Assembly (NCBI GenBank): GCA_951406725.2
Contig: OX597838.1
Span: forward strand, 3,162,001 to 3,226,000
From: Octopus vulgaris
Lineage: Eukaryota
Length of the DNA stretch: 64,000 bases
Direction of reading: 5' to 3'
A program made the translations under genes and the position numbers. Under the pieces are notes generated by a model, which was not told the DNA's origin, made no database searches, and was given only the letters and a program-made list of their open reading frames with translations. Positions 1-59,970 of this stretch are shown here, piece by piece. Position 1 is the first letter of the stretch; each line of letters begins with the position of its first letter.

Positions 1-1182
1 AGTCTGATAATTATTCTCTTAGTCTCTTTTGCTGGACTGCTAAGTTATGGGGATGTAAACAAACCAACACCAATTGTCAGGCAATGGTGGAGAAGAAACA
101 GAAATACGAAGATGCACACACACACACATATACAAATGCCAGGTTTCCACACAATCTCCATCTGCCATATTCATTCACAAGGCATTGATCAGCCTGAGGC
201 TATAGTTAGAAGGTGCTTGTCCAAGGTGCCATGCATGGTAAATAGAATCTAAAAGAAAAACATAAATATGTACATATATATCATCATCATCATCGTCGTC
301 ATTTAACGTCCGCTTTCCATGCTGGCATGGGTTAGATGATTTGACTGAGGACTGGCGAACCAGATGGTTGCACCAGGCTCCAATCTTGATCTGGCAGAGT
401 TTCTACAGCTGGACGCCCTTCCTAATGCCAACCACTCTGAGAGTGTAGTGGGTGCTTTTATGTTCCACTGGCATGGGGGCCAGTCAGGCTTTGTGTTTAC
501 AGTAGAAATAGTTATTGATTTAATGTCCACGAGAGATATAAAACAGTTTTAACAAAACCACTGACCACATTGAAGCAGAGTTTCAGATAAGGACAGCCGC
601 ACATGCTGGATTTTCTCCATTTTAACAGGGATTTTGTCAATTGTTTTTTCATCACAGCCTTGGAAATAATGAGGGGCATTTTTTTTTTATGCAAAAGCAT
701 TTAAAAATGTTTTGATTTTTTTTTTTTTTCACTTCTCCCACACTTAAAAACAATGAGAGAAAAAAAATTAAAAATTTCAGCAAAATTAAAAATTTCAGCA
801 AAAAAATTAAAAAAAAAATTTGGAAATATTTTCAAATGAAAAGGTAATTTAAAGGAGAATTAGCTAAATGAAACAATTAGTTGGTGGATGGTGAAAGTAA
901 ATAATCAAAAAGAAAAACCAAGATAACACAGAATATAGAAAATAATTTATTAAATTTTATTTTGTTTTTTTTTTTTCTTGTTCATGAAATTATTGAGAAA
1001 TAACATTTTCAGATTTCTGAAATTTGAGGATAACAATGTAAGGAGCAATATTTATCAGATGATTTTTGTTGTCGGTGGGTTGGGGTTAACTTTGTACAAA
1101 AGGGTTAAAAGCATTTTTGTTTTTCTGTTATTTTCAGAGAATGGAGTATGGCAGTGGCATTATTATTATTATTATTATTATT

Positions 1183-1391
1183 AAGGCGGTGACCAGGCAG
1201 AATTGTTAGTGTGCTGGACGAAATGCTTAGCAGTATTTCGCCAGTTGCTACATTCTGAGTTCAAATTCCGCCGAGTCAACTTTGCCTTTCATCCTTTCGG
1301 GGTCGATAAATTAAGTACCAGTTACGCACTGGGGTAGATGTAATCGACTAGTCCCCTCCAAAGTGGTTGCCCTTGTGGCAAAATTTGAAAC

Positions 1392-1436
<45 letters not shown>

Positions 1437-1775
1437 GGTAGCGAGGTGGCAGAATTGCTAGCACACCAGGCAAAATGCTTATCAACAATTCATCGGTCTT
1501 TATGTTCTGGGTTCAAATGCTGCTGAGGTCAACTTTCATCTTTTCAGGGCCAATAAAATTAGTACCAATTACATGCTGGGGTTGATGCAATCAACAAACT
1601 CCTCCCCCGAAATTATTATTATTATTAAGGTGGTGACCTGGCAGAATCGTTAGCACGATTTCTATTTTTACTCTTATCTTTCATCCTCATGGGGGTCGAT
1701 AAAATAAGTCCTAGTTAAGTTCTGGGATCAATGTAGTCAACTAGCTCCCTTCACCAAAGTTTCAGACCTTCTAGA
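1183..1775 (+). mobile_element. Three tandem copies of tRNA SINE family D separated by (ATT)n; others at 10785-11005, 23720-23950, 58615-58825 (-)
   Basis: A-box-like ggcagaat(c/t)gttag, B-box gagttcaaattcc, conserved gcctttcatcctttcggggtcgataaattaagtaccag (resembles Meta/MESC SINE domain, from memory). Confidence 0.8.
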
Positions 1776-2792
1776 AAGAATTATTAATATTATTGTCATT
1801 TTATGTTATTTTATGTAAGCCCTTGTGGCTAATAAAAGAATTACTACTACTACTATTATTATTATTATTAATAATAATAATGATAGTAGTAGTAGTAGTA
1901 GTAGTAGTAAGCATGCTGGACAAAATGCTCAGCAGTGTATCTTCCAGCTCTTTACATTCTGGGTTCAAATCTTGCCAAAGGTGACTTTTTCTTTCATTCT
2001 TTTGGGGGTCAGTATACTACAGCATTCTGTCGGTTACAACGACAAGGGTTCCAGGTGATCCAATCGACGGAACACCTTGCTCGTGAAATTAACGTGTAAC
2101 TGGCTGAGTACTCCACAGACACGTGTACCCTTGACGTAGTTCTCAGGGAGATTCAGCGTGGCACAGAGTATGACAAGGCTGGCCCCTTTGAAATACAGGT
2201 TCAACAGAAACAGGAAGATAGAGTGAGGGAAAGTTGTGGTGAAAGAGTACAGCAAGGTTCACCACCACCCCCTGCTGGAGCCTCGTGGAGCTTTTAGGTG
2301 TTTTCGCTCAATAAACACTCACAACGCCTGATCTGGGAATCAAAACTGCGATCCTATGACTGCGAGTCTGCTGCCCCAACCACTGGGCCATTTTGTCTCC
2401 ACAGGAGTCAATATAATAAGTACAAGTCAAGTACCGGGGTCGATGTAATCAACTAACCTTTTCATCAAAATTTCAGGTATTGTACTTGTAGAAAGAATCT
2501 TTATTATGAGCAGAGTTGAGTCACCACACCCTAGACTCAGTTGTATTATATTCCAGGAAATAATGTCTTAGCTTCAGTAACATTTTTATAATTTTTTAAC
2601 TAATTTAACAATAATTAAAGCAAAGCCTGTCTATCTGTAAAGGGAGTTTAGAAAAAAAAAGACTTATTTGAAAAAGAAATTTATCTTTTTTAAAATCCAA
2701 CCCAAGAAATAGAAACAGCCCCTACAATGGGGAACTGTTACAAAATTATGAGACATTATTGGTTACTAGTGTTAAATCTGTCTGTCTGTCTG

Positions 2793-2841
<49 letters not shown>

Positions 2842-2855
2842 GAATTTCATTGAAT

Positions 2856-3795
2856 TTATCCTCTTAGCATTCAGATTACTCACTCCGTCAAATGTGCTTA
2901 TTTTCACATTGTTTTGAATTAATCATGGATCATCTCATTGCTTCGGGATTTCAATGATGACATTGTAGGGAACGTGTAAGAGGCTGGATCTGGCCAGTTT
3001 AAACATAAAACAAGAGAATATTTTGGCTGTTTTAAGCTTTTAGCATTCTGATTAATCTGTCCAATGTAATGCTTATTTATTCACATTGTTTTCAATTAAT
3101 CCTGCATTATCTTGTTGCTTTGAGGTTTTGATGATGTGATTGTTTATTTGTAGAATGACAATGTAGGCAAGGTGTGAGAGGTTGGATCTGGTCAGTTTGA
3201 GCATAAAACACAATATTTAGACCAGTTATGGCTGGCTTAGATGCTAAAGAATTAAGTGAAAGGTCTCTCATATTTATATTGAGTTTGAATTGTCATGGAC
3301 CCTAAAGAGTTAGGTGCTAAAACAATTTGTCATGGCCCTAGAAATGGTTGAATGTTAAAGCAATTGACATGGGGCTAAAAAAGGGTTAAATAATTTGTCA
3401 CGGATATTACAGAGTTAGGGAGTAAAAAAACAACTGTTATGACCCTAAAAAGGTTTAGGGGTTAAAACAAAGTTGCCATGGGCTTCAATAAATTTCAGTG
3501 TTTAAAACAATTGTCATGGCATTAGAAAGGGTTTGTCCCTTTAGCATTCAGATTACACTGTCAAATGTAATCCCTGTTTATTCACATTGTTGGGAATTAA
3601 TCGTGTATTACCTTGTAGATTTGAGATTTAAATGATATGATTGTTTATTTTTAGAATGACATTGTAGGGTAAGTGTGAGAGGCAAGATCTGGTCTGTTTG
3701 AATGTAAAACAGGTAGAATATTTGGACTGGTCATGGCTGGTTTAACCCTCTTAGCATTCAGATTACTCAGTCAAATGCAATACTTTATTCACAAT
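2856..3795. mobile_element. Tandem piggyBac-like MITE units (ttaaccc..tagcattcagatta ... atgctaaa..ttaa); inverted copies at about 56690-56980
   Basis: Unit starts at ~2857, 3037, 3537, 3743; CCC-starting termini with TTAA. Confidence 0.55.
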
Positions 3796-4394
3796 GTAGG
3801 AGTGGCTGTGTGGTAAGTAGCTTGTTTACGAACCACATGGTTCCGGGTTCAGTCCCACTGTGTGACACCTTGGGCAAGTGTCTCCTACTATAGCCTCGGG
3901 TCAACCAAAGCCTTGTGAGTGGATTTGGTAGACGGAATCTGAAAGAAGCCAGCAGAAGACACTTGACAAGGTGCCACACAGTAGGACTGAACCCAGAACC
4001 TAGTAATTAGGAAGCAAACTTCTTACCACTCTGCCATGTCTGTGACTATAAATATTCTTGAAACTGAAGGCAATAGATTTTTCCGGGGCATCTGACCCAT
4101 TAAGGGTCTAAAAATATATAGAGAGGGCTGGGGCACAATAAGAGTAACATGGTCAATAGCATCAAGCGAATCGTGATTCCAGTCTGTAACTGGTGCCTAT
4201 TTTTTCAAAACCTGCTAATTCGGACAGGCTGATCTGAAAAGGTGATTCAGGGAGGATTTGAACACGGTTTGGTAAGTTTTGTTGTTGTTGTTGCTAAGAA
4301 ACAAATGTTTGGTAAAGTATCATGGTCTGTTACATGGCAACCATCTTACCCATCTTTAAATAAGAGATAAATATATATAAAAATGTATGTACAT

Positions 4395-4435
<41 letters not shown>

Positions 4436-4825
4436 TACATACATACACACATATATATATATATATACACACACACACATATATATATATATACATACAT
4501 ACACACATATATATATGTGAAGGCACATGGCCTAGTGGTTAGAGCAGTGGACTCGCAGTCGAGGGTTTGTGGGTTTGAATCTCAGACCGGGCGATGTGTG
4601 TGTTTATGAGCAAAACACCTAGGCTCCACACGGCTCCAGTAGAAGGTAATGGCGAACTTCTGTTGTCTTTTTCGCGACAACTTTCTCTCATCCTTTCTTC
4701 CTGCATCTTGTATAGGTTCCCCACCTGCGATGGACCGGCGTCCCGTCAAGGTGGGGAACCTATACGCCAAGGAAACCAGGAAACTGGCCCTTATGAGCCA
4801 GGCATGGCACAAGAAGGAACAAACA

Positions 4826-4874
<49 letters not shown>

Positions 4875-5069
4875 GAATATTACTGATGGTCTTTGTTAAC
4901 AAAATACTAATTACAAAAATGTTCATAATGAAGGGACCTGCCCCAAATGCCAGACTTTTGTTTTGCTTCTTCACTTCAAGAAAATGTAAATGCGATTTTC
5001 TTGAAAAATACATACATACACACACACACACACACAAATACACATGGGTTTATATACATAGATACATAG

Positions 5070-5117
<48 letters not shown>

Positions 5118-6967
5118 GCTCATTAAGATTTAAAATATATTTTTGTTAATTTCAGGAACGGTGAATCTTGAAGCTGATAAAGCTATAAATAACAACATAT
5201 AATATAGTGGATTAAAAAAACCCTTTCGATCAACATATATAATATTCACAACTTTTTTTTTTCTACCCTTGTTAGTTTTACCAAATATGTACATGTGTAC
5301 ATTCATACATATATACATACATATACACACACACACACACACTCATGTGTACATATACAGCTGTATATCTAAAGAGACGGGTGTACAAATATATACAATA
5401 TACATAAAATCATCATCATCATCAGTATCTGTATCCCATGGGTTGGAATGGCTTGACAGCATCCAGTGAATCAAAGAGCTGCATTGGGCTTCATGCAACC
5501 TTGTTGCCTCACCAGATCCTGGTCAATCGTCCAACCCATGCTTGTATAGATTACAGGCATTGAATGACATTAATTGATGATGGTAACGATACACACAAAC
5601 ACAACACACACACACACACATATATATAGGATAAAGACCCTCCTTCGTCATGAAGGACCATGAGATTTCACCTAGAAAGTTACCCTTCAAAGCACAAGTC
5701 TGGACAAGCTTGTTTATGGAAGACCAGCAGTTGCCTATCCAAGATAAAGGCAAAGGGGCCAATACAGCTTGGCACCAGTGATGTCGCAACTCATTTCTGC
5801 AGCTGAGCGGAACTGGAGCAACATGAAATAAAGTGTTATGCTCAAGGATGTAACACACAACCTGGCCCAGGAATTGAACTCGCTACTTCATGATTGTGAG
5901 CCTAACACTCTAACCACTGAAGCTTGGTTTATGAATGCCTCTCATCATGAACAAATCGGGTTATGAACAAGTTTTCAAACGTTAAACGTCTCAGGTAATG
6001 AACAGTGTCTCTAGTAATGAAGAAGCAAGCCAATAACAACGGATGGCGACCAGTGGCTGCCCAGCTTCCACTCAGCGTAACATCTCAGCTCAAGTTTTCT
6101 GGGTCTTCTCTTGAATTTCATATGTGAAGAATAGCTTTGGTTTACAACCATTTCAGGTGACAAATGGCCCTCAGGAACAAATGAAATTTGCAAACCAAGG
6201 TCCCACTGTGTTTATGTATGTATGTATAAATATATATATATATATATTTTAATAAACACAGTATATGGTTTTATGTGCCATTACCAGTTTCATGTGCTGA
6301 GAACATGCCAAACAGTGTTTTTTAACACGTCTGGTGTCCTAGTAAAAATCATCAGACCCTACCCACATGGCATAACGGACTAATATATTTATCTCTCACC
6401 AGAGGGAGTACATTTTTTAGTTGATCTTACTATCACGGTATTGTACACTGTATATATGTGTGTGTGTGTGTATACATACACACACAGATATATACATATA
6501 TATGTTTGAGTGTATATATATATATATATATAGTTATGTCTATACATATATACAGGCATGCATGTTTGTGAGTGTGTATGTGTTTTAATATATACATATA
6601 TATATATATATATATACATCTAAAGTTCAGCTTTCTCACACATAAACTCCGCATCTTTACTTTCACTCAGTCAACATCAGATGGCACCACCAACAAGGGT
6701 CGGGGTGGGTTTCGTATTCTAAACTGCAGAACCCACGAGATTTTCTCATATTTGTCTGGCTTGAAAACAAAAAAAAAAAAAGTTTGTTTTTGTAAAAAAT
6801 CAACAACTAAAAACAACCTCCCCTTCACCACCCACCCCTGCAAAAACAGCAACATCAGCAGCAGTAGCAGCAGCAGCAGTAGTAGTAGTAGTAGTAGTAG
6901 TAGTAGCAGTATGAGTTCTTGGCATCTGTGTGTGAACATCGGTTACAGGTGAATTGATTTCCATGGT

Positions 6968-51666
<44,699 letters not shown>

Positions 51667-52537
51667 GGCGAAGTCCACTTCCTTGCACCAGGGGACATGA
51701 GAAAGGCTCCGGACTTGACGGAATTCCGATAGAGAAAGGGAGAGAGAGTAGGGAGTGAGACAGCGAGAGAGCGAGAGAGAGAGAGAGAGAGAGAAAGGAA
51801 TGGGGTTACAAGTTTGTTAGTTCGCTGGAAGGAAGATAGAAAAAAAAGTTAGAGAGTAAACGAGAACCTGGACTATGTGTGTAAGTAAGTAAATAAAAAC
51901 TTATAACAGATAGAACAGTTTAAATTGGAGGGGGAGGAAGGGGAGGAAAGCTGGAGTTTAGTGACTGCTGTGAGAGAGAGAGTGAGCAGCAGATGTAGTG
52001 GGATGAGGTGAAAAACTGAACGAAATACGGAGGGGGGGAATAAAGAAGGAGAAGAGAGAGAGAGAGAAGCGTGGGAGAAGAGGGAGGAATGCAGTCGGGA
52101 CGTCCTGTTGTAAGTGAATGGCGGCGGCGGCGGATGATGGAGGGGAAGAGAAAAAGAATTGAGGCTTTTTTTTTTTTTAGAAAGGAACGGCTGAGAGTAA
52201 CGAGTAAGGGTGTGTGTATGTGTATGTACGTCTGTGTATGTACCTGTGTGTGTGTGTGAGCATAAGTTGAGGGAGGGAGAGAGAGAGAGAGAAAGGGAAG
52301 TTCTAATTAGAATTAGAAGAGAAGGAAATGCGAGGGATTGGAAAGACAGAGAGAGAAAAAAACAAGAGTGTAAGATGTAAATAGACAGACATGAAGATAG
52401 GAAGATAGATAAATAGATAAATATAGACAGACGAACCTGCTAACCAATATATATAAATATATACGCACACACACACACATCTACTTACACACAAATACAT
52501 ATACACGTATGTCTATGTAGACAGAGAGATATATGTA

Positions 52538-53085
<548 letters not shown>

Positions 53086-54199
53086 GAGAGAAAGAGATGA
53101 ATGAAGTGTTTGGCTACATTCCCGTACCTCTCGTGGTGATTCACACCACACTGTGCCCTTCTGCTCCCTATCCACCGTTCTTTCTATTCTATTACTCTCT
53201 CAATTGGCCCTTTTTCTAACTCTCATACTGTCTCTGTCCCACATACCGTCCGCAAACTGCTGGCCACTTATTTTCCTCCTCTGCCTCCCACCTCCTACAA
53301 GATTCGGTTTCCCTCCTTGTCACCACCTCGCAATAATCACCGACCTTCGAGCCTCAGTGAAGGGGTCGCTACGTGGTTGTTCGACCTGCTAGAAATAGCA
53401 GCCAATTTCCCCTCACAAATCAAACCCTTTTCTTTTATCTTTTACTTGTTTCAGTCATTGGACTGCGGCCATGCTACACCACCAATTAGATGGATTTAAG
53501 TCGAAGAAATCGCCCCCAGTACTTATTTATCAATTTTTTTGTTTTTATCTCCGGTACATATTCCATCGGTATCTTTTGTCGAACCGTTAGATTTAAACAA
53601 ACCAGCACCGGTTGTCAAGCGGTAGGGGGTGCCAAGCGCGCACACACACGCATACATATATATGCCCGACAGGCTTCCAAATCCGTCTCCCAAATCCACT
53701 CACGAGACATTCGTCGACCCAGGGTTATAATAAAAGACACTTGTCCAAGAAGCCGCACACTGGGATTGAACCTGAAACTACATGGTTCCAGAACGAATTT
53801 CTTAACCAACCACGCTTGCGCCTATCTGAAGAAAAGGAGATACACGAAATATTGAAGTCGTTTTCGTTATATAACAAAATACATGATGGTCACGATTGGC
53901 ATGTCTTTTATCATAGATTTACTTGCTTAGAGTTGTCCTGGATCTAAAAGCCCCAATAAGGACCAGCATTCGATCTGATGAGAGAGCTTCTTTGTGGTCA
54001 TCCCAGCTGCTGGAAAGAACAGCCAAAACACTCTCAAATAACACATCACTGTTTAAACATGGAAGTAACATTTTTAAATAACATGGTCTTATATTGCCGA
54101 GGTCAACTTGGCCATTCATGATTTTGGGGTTGATAAAATAAGTACCGGTCAAGTACTGAGGTCAACATAATCAACTAACACCCATCCTCAAAATTTCAG

Positions 54200-54490
54200 G
54201 CCTTGGGCCCTTAGCAGAAAGGATCATCATCATCTGGGAGGGCAAGGCAGTTTTCCTTTGCCCAGTGGCTGTAGGGAAAGAGGTGATATGGTGGACCCGT
54301 TTGAAAGTGGGGTAGAGAGCCCCTTTCTCCTTTTATATTTCCTTTTAATTCTCACAGGTGTATCCTCAGAATTGGTCTGTTCATACTGGCCATTCTTGCG
54401 ACATTCACCCACCTCTCAATAAACTTGCTACCAGACATCACTTCCCTCTCTAAGACTCTCATCTTCCTTTTCAAGTGAAACTTGAAAAAG
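54200..54490 (-). mobile_element. L1/Tx1-like LINE C-terminal remnant (related copy at about 22620-22810)
   Basis: Both loci read LKRK(M/I)R.EREV(M/L)S.S.F.ER..VARM on the minus strand. Confidence 0.45.
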
Positions 54491-55871
54491 TTGATGAGGC
54501 CTTGACCAAAGACGAAAGTGTCTGACCTTAGCCCTAGAAATAACAGCTTAAATTTCCCTCAAATCAACACCTATAATGTTGAAAAAAAAACCCAGAACAC
54601 AGTTGATAATGTAGTCCAAGACACACGATAACGGAAGACAAAATGATGGAGTGGTCATGAGCGGAATGTCTCTCCTTAAATGATTTATAGATCATGACAA
54701 AAATGATAATGTTTAATTAATAGATATTTACACACACATAAGCAAAGAAGTTTGCTCTCTTTCACACACACACATGCACACACACTCACACACACATGCA
54801 TACACATACATATATACGTACATACATACATGCATAAATACATACATACACACATGCATACATACATACATGCATGCATACATACATACATATACACTCA
54901 CATACACATACATACATACATACATACACACACATACATGCATACATACATACATACATATACACTCACATACACATACATGCATACATACATACACACA
55001 CATACATACATACATATACACTCACATACACATATATACATACATACATACATACACACACACATGCACATACATGACTATCCAATGGTCCCCCCCCACC
55101 ATTCACTATTTAGGAGTCCGAAAATATCTTCCATTCCCCCACCCCCTCCCTCTCCCCCATTACCCCCTAATCCTGTCATAGTGACACACATTGGATGACA
55201 TGTTGGTCCATGACAAATATAAATTTTCACCGCCATTTTCAAACAGATTGCAAACGTTGACTGACTCACGTTGACAGACTCATGGGGCTTGGACTCTGCG
55301 TGTGTGTGTGTGTGTGTGTACGTGTGTGTGTACGTGTGTTTGTATGTGTGCATGTGTGTGGTGTGTGTGTGCGTGTGTGCGTGTTTGTATGTGTGCATGT
55401 GTGTGGTGTGTGTATGCGTGTGTGCGTGTTTGTATGTGTGTTGTGGGTGAGTCTGTGTGTATTACTGTTTGTATGTCAGTGTATGCATGTTTGTATATGT
55501 GTGTATTAGTGTTTGTGTGTCAGTGTATGTGTGCTTGTATATGTGTATGTGTGTGTGCATGCGCCTGTGGGGGGGGAGTGCTGTGTGTCTGTGAGTGTAA
55601 GTGTGTGTATATATATATATATATATAAATACAGGTACAACAGAAACAGGAAGAAAGAGTGAGAGGAAGTTGCGGCAAAAGAGTACAGCAGGGATCGCCA
55701 CCACCCCCTGCCAGAGCCTCGTCGAGCTTTAGGTGTTTTCTCTCAATAAACACTCACAACGCTTGGTCAGGGAATCGAAACCGCAATCCTATGACCGCGA
55801 GTCCGCTGCCCTAACCACTGGGCCATTGCACCTCCACACACACATACATACACACACACACACACACATAT

Positions 55872-55928
<57 letters not shown>

Positions 55929-56165
55929 AAATACACAGCTTTATTTTGAGATTGATAGTGTTAACTATACTTGCAAAAAATACAGACTGGATTTGTGGTG
56001 CTCCAAGTGAGCTATATTTCGTTTCTTAATTTGAACGGAGGCAAAGCAAGTGGAAACGAGAGGAACATAAGTAAGATCCAAATAGAAACATATATTCATA
56101 TATTCTTCCACATTTACAAAACGGGTGTATAAATTCCAGAAATAAAAAATTTTAATATTTATATA

Positions 56166-56594
56166 GGCGCAGGAGTGGCTGTGTGGTAAGTAGCTTGCTA
56201 ACCAACCACATGGTTCCGGGTTCAGTCCCACTGCGTGGCATCTTGGGCAAGTGTCTTCTGCTATAGCCCCGGGCCGACCAATGCCTTATGAGTGGATTTG
56301 GTAGACGGAAACTAAAAGAAGCCCGTCGTATATATGTATAGATATATATATATATGTATGTGTGTATATGTTTGTGTGTCTGCGTTTGTCCCCCCAACAT
56401 CGCTTGACAACTGATGCTGGTGTGTTTACGTCCCCGTCACTTAGCGGTTCAGCAAAAGAGACCGATAGAATAAGTACTGGGCTTACAAAGAATAAGTCCC
56501 GGGGTCGATTTGCTCGACTAAAAGCGGTGCTCCAGCATGGCCGCAGTCCAATGACTGAAACAAGTAAAAGAGTAAAAGAGAAAGAGTAAAGAGT
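56166..56594 (+). mobile_element. tRNA-derived SINE family A with internal (TA)n/(TG)n; copies at 20764-21210, 24751-25161, 35417-35781, 43789-44185, 62894-63366 (+), 10364-10772, 63838-64000 (-), partial 3795-3950, 8187-8437, 30969-31296
   Basis: A-box gtggctgtgtggtaag, B-box ggttcagtccc, CORE-like ttgggcaagtgtctt, (gtaaaaga)n tail; many near-identical copies. Confidence 0.9.
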
Positions 56595-57115
56595 ATAGAT
56601 ATAAGTCAGTGTTATACATAAAACACAGTGAATTTACATTTTAAAAGTTATAAAATATTGGTATAATTAAAAATTTGGGATGATGAATCATTAAAATAAT
56701 CGATAATGCCTGATTAATTCAAAACAATGTGAGTAAATAAACATCACATTTGACAGAGACTCTGAACGCTGAAGGGAGTCGAACCAGGCATCTCTGACCA
56801 AAACTTTCAAACCTGTTTTACATTCAATCCAGCCAGATCCAACTTCTTACTCCTACCCTGCAATGTCCTTCTAAAGATAAACAATCACATCGTCAGAATC
56901 TCAATGCATGATTAATACAAAACGATGTGAATAAATAAGCATCGCATTTAACGAAGTAATCTGAACGCTAAAGAGCTAAATATGATTCTCCAACCAATGT
57001 CCAGCGTGTCTGCTTTCTGTGCTTCTACCTCTTATTCCGCATTTTGCTTGTTGCAAGAATGAAAAGAATTATCGACAGGGTCTGAATTTGTGCTGCAGGC
57101 CGGGAGAGCAAAGTA

Positions 57116-57681
57116 TCGGGTTGTCTGGAAAGTTCGTGCCGATTTATAGTAGCTTACCTTTCGACTTATTTTAGAACATGGTTGAGTACATAAAATAGGA
57201 TTTGACTCCACCTCCATTTAGAGCACAGTTTAAGCTATCTTTTCTTGGAAGAAGGTTTATGTTCTCATAACCTGTGTTAATTCTGTAACCCTTTAAAATG
57301 AAAGATAAGAAAGTTCATTTTGGACACTCGATGCTTTGGGAACCAGACAAAAATTGCTGCAGTTCGGCTGGGATGTGTTACCCCACCCTCCATATTCACC
57401 AGATGTTGCTCCTTTGGATTTCCACTTTTTCAGGTCTTTGCAGAATAGTCTTAATAGTAAAAATTTCAATTCCTTGGATGACGTAAAAAGAGACCTTGAT
57501 GAATTCTTTGCCATGAAATCACCCCAATTCTGGGAAGGGGGTATTTTCAAGTTAAAGGAAAGATGGAGACGCATTGTGCAACAAAATGGTTTATATTTGG
57601 TTGATTAAAAATGTAATGGCAAGTATTTATTGACCTTTTTCTTTCCTTTCAAAATCGGCACGCACTTTCCGGACAACTCAA
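57116..57681 (+). mobile_element. Internally deleted mariner with both TIRs and TA TSD
   Basis: TIRs tcgggttgtctggaaagttcgtgccgattt / aaatcggcacgcactttccggacaactcaa flanked by TA; HPPYSPDVAPLDFHFFRSLQN motif. Confidence 0.9.
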
Positions 57682-57919
57682 TATTATAGAAATATTCCCA
57701 GGGCTGCTCTGAATGATCTAAACTTGTGTCCTTTGTCAAGGTAGACCCCACCCTGCCTTTAAGGGTGGGGGCCAAGTCTATAAAACCAGGAAGCCGTGCA
57801 GACACACTCACAGAAATTTGCATTTATTAATATGGATTACTTAGAGTAAACTTTATTGAAAGGAACAAAATAGACCTTTACCATGAAATAAATGAAGAAA
57901 TAAATAGGTATATAAATTG

Positions 57920-57969
<50 letters not shown>

Positions 57970-57989
57970 TAATAATAATAATAATAGTA

Positions 57990-58545
57990 ATGCCCTGATG
58001 CAGTACCAGGCAGTGGCTCTCATGGCTTCTGATCTTAACTGATTGGAAGTGTCATCATGTACATTGTTTTGTCTTGGTATAAAAGATGGGCTACAGCAAA
58101 TATTCTGCTCAATAACACAGATTTGCTTGTCAGTTGTTTGACCTTAACCAGTTGAGCATGTCCCTTGGTGGCTGACGATATGTGCATCTCTGATCACGAG
58201 CAGAAGTAGTGGGGGAGCATCATAGCCATGTGTTGAGAGGGATTCTTTGGGGTTTGAATAATTCACCTCTGGAAACATGGGTGTTTCTTTCAACATCCTT
58301 AAACAACCCTTATTCAGGGACCTTTTGAGCGGGATGGGCTACTCAACCTGAAGAAAATTCTAACTGGGCCCCACCTGCAAGGTCATGTGCTGTTTATCTT
58401 GATATGAGATTACCATGTCGCGCACATATGGTTGTGATGCATGTGCCTGGTGTACCCTTATCAGACGGGTAGTCATGATGGGTATATTGGGCTTCGTATA
58501 TTTTACCCCAGTGTCACTTTGATGGCATGCACTGCTCTCTCACTC
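57990..58545 (+). mobile_element. Non-LTR retroelement 3' fragment inside (AAT)n; shorter 5'-truncated copy at 22821-23068
   Basis: Near-identical 3' ~230 bp shared with 22821-23050; ends in gtgtcactttgatggcatgcactgctctctcactc(aat)n; last ~40 nt also at 14230-14272. Confidence 0.6.
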
Positions 58546-58617
<72 letters not shown>

Positions 58618-59039
58618 CCTTTCTACTGAAGGCACCAGGCCTGAAATTTTGCTGGGAGGGGACTAGTTGATTATATCGACCCCAGTGTTTCACTGGTATT
58701 GAATTTATTGACCCCAAACGGATGAAAGGCAAAGCTGACCTCGGTGGAATTTGAATTCAGAACAGAGTGACAAGCAAAATACCGCTAAGCATTTAATCCA
58801 GCACACTAATGATTCTGGCAGCTCAATAATAATGATAATAATAATAATAATGGTTTCAAATGTTGGCCCAAGTCCAGCAATTTCAGGGGAGGAGGAAAGT
58901 TGATTTCATTGACCCCAGTACGCAGCTGGTACTTATTTTATCGACCAGAAACCCTTTAAGGCAGTGTTTCAACATGGCCACAGTCAAAATGACAGAAACA
59001 ATTAAAAGAACAAAAAGAACGATACATTTCCTGTCTTAG

Positions 59040-59470
59040 AGGTGGTAAATATGGCTACCACCTTCAATACAGGAAAGCTCAATGCGACAAGAGAATTCTT
59101 GCCAGACGCGTATCAGCATATCAAAAGCAAGTTCCTTATGGAACTAAAGACTAAATTTGCTTTGCTTGAGACGGTTCCGGAAGATATTGACACAGAAGGG
59201 AAATGGATAGACTTTGGTTAAAGCATTCAACCAGACAGCCAAAGAAGTACTCAGGGGATCGTGATATGCTGATACGAATTTGGGAGGAATTCTCTTATTG
59301 AATTGATGTTGCCCATGCTGGAGGTGGTGGCCACATTTGAACACTTGTTAGACAGGAAATAAAAGATGATTGTGAGTAAATACTTGGGACTTAGCTGGAG
59401 TTTTCTATTGTTTTTGCTTATTAAAATATTACATAATGAAATCGGTTCATTCTTTTTGAATAACTCTGTA
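59040..59470 (-). mobile_element. Tc1/mariner-like remnant
   Basis: ta-cagagttattcaaaaagaatgaaccgattt terminus next to (TA)n. Confidence 0.4.
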
Positions 59471-59504
59471 TATATATATATATACATATACATGGAAATT
59501 GCAG

Positions 59505-59890
59505 ATGTGTTACCAGTGCTGGTGGCATGTAAGAGAACCTTCCGTTTCGGGACCGTTGCCAGCACCGCCCCGACTGGCCTCGTGCCAGTGGCTCGTAAAA
59601 AGCACCATCCGTTCGTGTCCGTTGCCAGCCTCGTCTGGCCCTCGTGCCGGTGGCACATAAAAAGCACCATCCGTTCGTGGCCGTTTGCCAGCTCTGTCTG
59701 GCACCTGTGCGGGTGGCACGTAAAAAGCACCCACTACACTCATGGAGTGGTTGGCGTTAGGAAGGGCATCCAGCCGTAGAAACACTGCCAGATTTGACTG
59801 GGCCTGATGAAGCCTCCTGGCTTCACAGACCCCAGTAGAACCGTCCAACCCATGCTAGCATGGAAAACGGACGCTAAACGATGATGACGA

Positions 59891-59970
<80 letters not shown>

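Noticed and set aside
500-1160. AT-rich non-repeat stretch with minus-strand AATAAA (~946-961) as the Gv poly(A) site
   Set aside because: Many AATAAA occur by chance in this composition; 3' end cannot be fixed without transcript data.
51667-51678. ORF-track N-terminal extension MDFA from a GTG start
   Set aside because: Bacterial-style start; the gccATGG giving MGSCLS fits Kozak context and the myristoylation motif.
54490-54525. ttgatgaggc...gacgaaagtgtc hammerhead-like string
   Set aside because: No stem I or convincing stem II/III; abuts a LINE remnant; likely chance.
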